Source of the DNA: a phage
Direction: 5' to 3' (one strand)
Sequence record: PZ296778.1
DNA length: 49,526 bases
The translations under genes and the position numbers were made by a program. Position 1 is the first letter of the stretch; each line of letters begins with the position of its first letter. The notes under the pieces are model-generated. The model was not told the DNA's origin, searched no databases, and saw only the letters and a list, made by a program, of their open reading frames with translations. Shown here piece by piece: positions 46,161 through 49,526 of this stretch.

Positions 46161-46562
46161 ATGGTGGAGTTAAACGACATTCGCGTTGGAACAAAATTTC
46201 GCGTAACCTGGGCAGATAAATATTGTGGCGTTAGCAAGGGCCAGGTTGTTGCGGTGGATAGTATTTATCGTGGTGTTAGTGGTGACTTTCGCCGTCCGCG
46301 CATCAATAATGGCTATATCATTACTCGCCGTATTGGCTTTGATAATTATTGCGTAGTGGCGACTCAAGGAGTTTTGATTGAGCTTAAGAGAATCAGCGAT
46401 CATCGCGGTCGTCATGTTAAGGCAATGAAAACACCATTTCAGCGAGCGAGATACGATGCGCGACGTATGCGCCGACTTGCGCGAAATGCGATCAAGTTCA
46501 AAAAGCCTGGCGATGATTTTTACGGCATGTATAAGGGGATTGCTCGCAATGCTGGGAAATAA
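46161..46562 (+). CDS. hypothetical protein
   Basis: Start at MVELND after RBS gagagga (track start 46116 lacks an RBS); basic C-terminal half. Confidence 0.45.
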   Translation: MVELNDIRVGTKFRVTWADKYCGVSKGQVVAVDSIYRGVSGDFRRPRINNGYIITRRIGFDNYCVVATQGVLIELKRISDHRGRHVKAMKTPFQRARYDARRMRRLARNAIKFKKPGDDFYGMYKGIARNAGK

Positions 46563-46680
46563 CAATAACGCAACGAATCCTAAGCCACCTTTTGATTTTC
46601 ATTCCGCAATGATTGCGGTATTATCAATGCTACTTTTTCTTTATAGCATGAGGGCGCTACTATGGTTTTTAACGCATTGA
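46549..46680 (+). CDS. small membrane protein (putative)
   Basis: 43-aa ORF from an internal Met of the track ORF 46456-46680; hydrophobic C-terminus; overlaps upstream stop. Uncertain. Confidence 0.3.
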   Translation: MLGNNNNATNPKPPFDFHSAMIAVLSMLLFLYSMRALLWFLTH

Positions 46681-46910
46681 AACGACTGTTTAAGCCGGAA
46701 TACCGGATCGTATTTTGCCGAGACTGTTCTACTTATCATGTGCAGCGACGCAGCTTAGGCGGCAATTGGCACTATGTTACAGATGACTTTTTCGGCATCA
46801 TTGCCACTGAATTTAAGTGTTATAGCGATGCTTATATGTACGTCAAGAAGCGCCACCGCTTACGCAAGTGTCGTTTTTCCGCACTGATTCACTTTAATGA
46901 TTGTTACTGA
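46662..46910 (+). CDS. hypothetical Cys-rich protein
   Basis: 82 aa with CRDC...C...C pattern. Confidence 0.4.
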   Translation: MVFNALKRLFKPEYRIVFCRDCSTYHVQRRSLGGNWHYVTDDFFGIIATEFKCYSDAYMYVKKRHRLRKCRFSALIHFNDCY

Positions 46911-46917
46911 GGTGAAA

Positions 46918-47100
46918 ATGAAAACTGGTGTTATTATTCTTTTTCTGATCCTTTTCGGCAGCCATTTAACCATTAACTATGAGGGCATTATGGCCTTTTG
47001 GGGCAACTTGATGATGTTTGCCGCTGGTTCAATTGCTGGCTACTCTGACGGGAAAAAGGATGGTGTGCGCAAGATGCTGATGGGGCTTAAACAAAAATAA
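46918..47100 (+). CDS. small membrane protein
   Basis: Start at MKTGVIILF after RBS gaggtg; two hydrophobic segments. Confidence 0.4.
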   Translation: MKTGVIILFLILFGSHLTINYEGIMAFWGNLMMFAAGSIAGYSDGKKDGVRKMLMGLKQK

Positions 47101-47111
47101 GGGGATATGAA

Positions 47112-47402
47112 ATGGCAAACAAAACTTACCGCAAACTACTGGTTAACGCTTTTGAAAACATCGCGCAGTGTAACAAGTGGAACGACTCTAAACACTCGCC
47201 AATCACAATGAAGCGCGCCGGATTCAAAAATGCTCGTTCATGGGCGCGAGCTTTCGCAGCTTGCTATATGCCGGATGGCGGACTAGGGGTGATGAACGAT
47301 TTTTTGATCAACATGATAGAGGAAGCGGCGCGAGAGGATCGACCGCTGACACAGCGAGATTTTGACGGCTTCGCGCGCGATGAGCTTTACTATCTGAGCT
47401 AA
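47112..47402 (+). CDS. hypothetical protein
   Basis: 96-aa ORF; stop TAA abuts motif copy F10. Confidence 0.45.
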   Translation: MANKTYRKLLVNAFENIAQCNKWNDSKHSPITMKRAGFKNARSWARAFAACYMPDGGLGVMNDFLINMIEEAAREDRPLTQRDFDGFARDELYYLS

Positions 47403-47421
47403 TAGCACTTTTTGTTAAAAC
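47402..47421 (+). promoter_or_regulatory. conserved intergenic motif copy F10
   Basis: Exact 20-mer after stop TAA; followed by hairpin AAGGGCA...TGCCCTT. Confidence 0.65.
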
Positions 47422-47477
47422 TTCCGCAAGGGCATTTGGTAAAGTGCCCTTATTGAAGCGAAACAGAGGAAAGCGCA

Positions 47478-47690
47478 ATGAAAATCAAAATCACCAAAAT
47501 CGACACTATCAACGGCGACGGATCAATCACTCTTGAGCAATGTGGCTTGGTTGTTGGTGATGTGCTGGAAGTTGACGGACATTTCAGCGACGGATCTTAT
47601 TGTGTTATTGCGCCGCGTAACAGCGAGTTTATCAAGGCTGGCGACAATATTAGTGTTAACCATGACGAATGCGAGGTAGTAGAAGAATGA
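47478..47690 (+). CDS. hypothetical protein
   Basis: 70-aa acidic ORF preceded by motif, hairpin and RBS. Confidence 0.4.
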   Translation: MKIKITKIDTINGDGSITLEQCGLVVGDVLEVDGHFSDGSYCVIAPRNSEFIKAGDNISVNHDECEVVEE

Positions 47691-47950
47691 TCACGATTAA
47701 CCTGTCAGAGCAGCAAGCGCGCATTATATTAGCTGCCTTTGGCTGGCGAGATGATGACGGCATCCAGGCAACGGTTAAAATTCCTGAGCCAGTGGCGCGT
47801 GAAGTTTTCAGCCAGCTAGAACACGCATTTGATCCTGCTGGCACTGAGCAAGCGGAAACTGCCGCATGGTTCGGAGAGAACGGATACAGAGATCAGCAAG
47901 TCGAAAACTGGAAGCGCATAAACGAGACTATGGAGGAATCAGGTTTATGA
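47687..47950 (+). CDS. hypothetical protein
   Basis: Start at MITINLS (ATGA overlap). Confidence 0.4.
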   Translation: MITINLSEQQARIILAAFGWRDDDGIQATVKIPEPVAREVFSQLEHAFDPAGTEQAETAAWFGENGYRDQQVENWKRINETMEESGL

Positions 47951-48261
47951 TTTATATTCACTACTACCAAATAGGAACTAACGAGAACAAGAAAGAGCAT
48001 CGTTTCATCCATGATGATTTGGACAAGGCAAAGGCACAGCAACAGGTTTTAGGCGGTGTCATTCAGGCTTTTGAGCCTGTAGAAGATATTGAGTACCGCG
48101 AGCATTTAAAAGATGTTGTTATTGATGAGATCTCTTGCTTGATTGATGATATGACAAATCACGGCCCTGGTTCCCCGTGGGAAGATGCAGGATCTGTAAC
48201 GTGGGATAAGGCCAAAGTTAAGACGCTAAACAACTTTCGAGAGATTCTCGACGGTTTTTAA
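47947..48261 (+). CDS. hypothetical protein
   Basis: Start at MIYIHYY (ATGA overlap). Confidence 0.4.
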   Translation: MIYIHYYQIGTNENKKEHRFIHDDLDKAKAQQQVLGGVIQAFEPVEDIEYREHLKDVVIDEISCLIDDMTNHGPGSPWEDAGSVTWDKAKVKTLNNFREILDGF

Positions 48262-48330
48262 TTAAAAACGCATAGCCGTTAGAGCGCCTAAATCGCATTC
48301 TAACGAGCTATTTTTCTGGTAAGGTGATTT

Positions 48331-48459
48331 AATGGATGAGTACAAACAACCCTCGCAATGGTGCAAAGAGAAGCAGGAGGAAGCACTTGAGCGCGGAGAT
48401 GTAGAAGAAGCTATGAACTATTTCAAACTTGCGGAAGAATGGAAGGGGAGAGGATACTG
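48331..48459 (+). CDS. small protein (ORF below track threshold)
   Basis: About 42 codons read by eye (MDEYKQPSQWCKEKQEEALERGDVEEAMNYFKLAEEWKGRGY); RBS aaggtg; stop overlaps the next start. Coordinates approximate. Confidence 0.3.
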
Positions 48460-48690
48460 ATGTTCGGCATGAACGAGGCGCAATTCAACGCAGCTAAACG
48501 CCAGGCTAAAAAGTGCGGCGAGGCAATGAAAGCGGATGTGGAAAAGCGCGGGAAGTATGTTGATGAAGTAATGAAGGGCATCATTGCAGAACACTACCAG
48601 CCAATCGCGCCAATGTTGACGATCACTCAATTCATTTGGCTATGTGGTTACTTGCGCGGACGTTGGGGGAACGCTTTCGACAGGGAATGA
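48460..48690 (+). CDS. hypothetical protein
   Basis: Start at MFGMNEAQ, coupled to the upstream small ORF. Confidence 0.4.
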   Translation: MFGMNEAQFNAAKRQAKKCGEAMKADVEKRGKYVDEVMKGIIAEHYQPIAPMLTITQFIWLCGYLRGRWGNAFDRE

Positions 48691-48851
48691 TTGACAACTC
48701 TTTCCTGATTGGTTAGCATGGCGTCGTTTACATAAGAGCGGCTTTGTCCGAACGCGTGACGCGATAGTCACACAACAACGGCGATATGCAGGAGGTTTTT
48801 GCAATGCAAAATAATCCGTAAGACGTATCGCCTTTTTAATGGAGATCCAAA

Positions 48852-49085
48852 ATGATTAAATACAAATTAACCGTTTCTTTCCGTGATACCGTTATTCATC
48901 CTTTCTACAATAGCTTTGTTAACAGCTTTACAGTAGAAGCGACAAATGATCAGCTTGGAGGTGACGAAACTTGCATTTCTATCGGCAATGTTGCTTATCC
49001 GATTCACAACATTACCAGCATTAAGCGTGAGGTTGTCGCTGATGAATTACAAAGTGAAGATGACGATCCGGCGAATGGGGCGTAA
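48852..49085 (+). CDS. hypothetical protein
   Basis: 77-aa ORF with RBS ggaga. Confidence 0.4.
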   Translation: MIKYKLTVSFRDTVIHPFYNSFVNSFTVEATNDQLGGDETCISIGNVAYPIHNITSIKREVVADELQSEDDDPANGA

Positions 49086-49227
49086 CTGCCAATCATGCAA
49101 ACAGGAATATGAATGCGTAGTTGATGCTCTTGATGAACTGGAAGCAGTAGAAAAAGCAAAAGAGCAATCGGGCGCTAATCCTGAAACACATCAATTTTCA
49201 ATTAACCTTGTGAGGGCTTTACAATGA
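49042..49227 (+). CDS. hypothetical Cys-containing protein
   Basis: Start at MNYKVKM after RBS gaggttg; overlaps the 3' end of the previous ORF in another frame, so one of the two may be shorter. Confidence 0.35.
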   Translation: MNYKVKMTIRRMGRNCQSCKQEYECVVDALDELEAVEKAKEQSGANPETHQFSINLVRALQ

Positions 49228-49448
49228 TCGCATTATCTTTCTGCATTGGTTTTATCATGGCTATCATTATCTTTTCCGTTGTCATGCGCTTTGCTTATAA
49301 GTTCGTGATTAATAAAGGTTGGTACGCTTCTGCAATCTGGAGCGAAAAACAAAAGAAATGGCTTGTCCGTGGTCAATACCTGATGATCGGCAGCAAGATT
49401 CTAAATTCCATTCGAGCCAAAGATGGAAAAGTAAAATATACAGCTTAA
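49224..49448 (+). CDS. small membrane protein
   Basis: 74 aa with N-terminal TM helix; ATGA overlap; followed by a strong intrinsic terminator. Confidence 0.45.
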   Translation: MIALSFCIGFIMAIIIFSVVMRFAYKFVINKGWYASAIWSEKQKKWLVRGQYLMIGSKILNSIRAKDGKVKYTA

Positions 49449-49454
49449 AAATTA

Positions 49455-49476
49455 CCCGCCGCACGGCGGGTTTTTT
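49455..49476 (+). terminator. intrinsic terminator at window end
   Basis: CCCGCCG-cac-GGCGGG hairpin followed by T6. Confidence 0.75.
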
Positions 49477-49526
49477 ATTGCCCGTTGTCTGGTATAATCA
49501 GGCATCTAACCAAAGGAGGATTAACA

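Overview
The window reads as a complete, or near-complete, genome of a virulent T1-like siphovirus of enterobacteria (Drexlerviridae-like), opened at the start codon of the small terminase gene. This is inferred from gene content and order only; no database search was possible. Left arm (1-20000, + strand): terminase small and large subunits, portal, head morphogenesis, scaffold, two paralogous structural proteins, major capsid, connector and tail genes, a G/GT tail chaperone pair with a -1 frameshift site that I identified by eye, tape measure, lambda M/L/K/I-like tail assembly proteins and a lambda J-like central tail fibre. Middle (20000-35350, mixed strands): a leftward lipoprotein operon, an exonuclease/Erf/SSB recombination module, two tail fibre genes on the minus strand, primase, SF2 helicase, VRR-NUC nuclease, Dam-like methyltransferase, an HTH-metallophosphoesterase, and a holin/endolysin/u-spanin lysis cassette. 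Right part: a leftward early operon (35348-40565, - strand) carrying a small cytosine-5 methyltransferase and a 563-aa P-loop protein with a perfect 111-bp internal duplication, then a rightward array of about 27 small genes (41132-49448) including a HAD phosphatase and a dNMP-kinase-like protein. No integrase, repressor, CRISPR array or rRNA gene was seen, and no tRNA was recognisable by eye. The most striking feature is a family of about 17 copies of a conserved 20-bp motif (ATAGCACTTTTTGTTAAAAC), almost always intergenic, usually abutting a stop codon and followed by a hairpin. Two AT-rich control regions (21200-21694 and 40566-41131) carry near-consensus sigma70 promoters and shared A-tract elements. 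CDS coordinates follow the supplied ORF track, with starts moved to the first Met that has a Shine-Dalgarno sequence where stated; coordinates I derived by counting bases (motifs, terminators, unlisted small ORFs) are approximate to about 2 bp.
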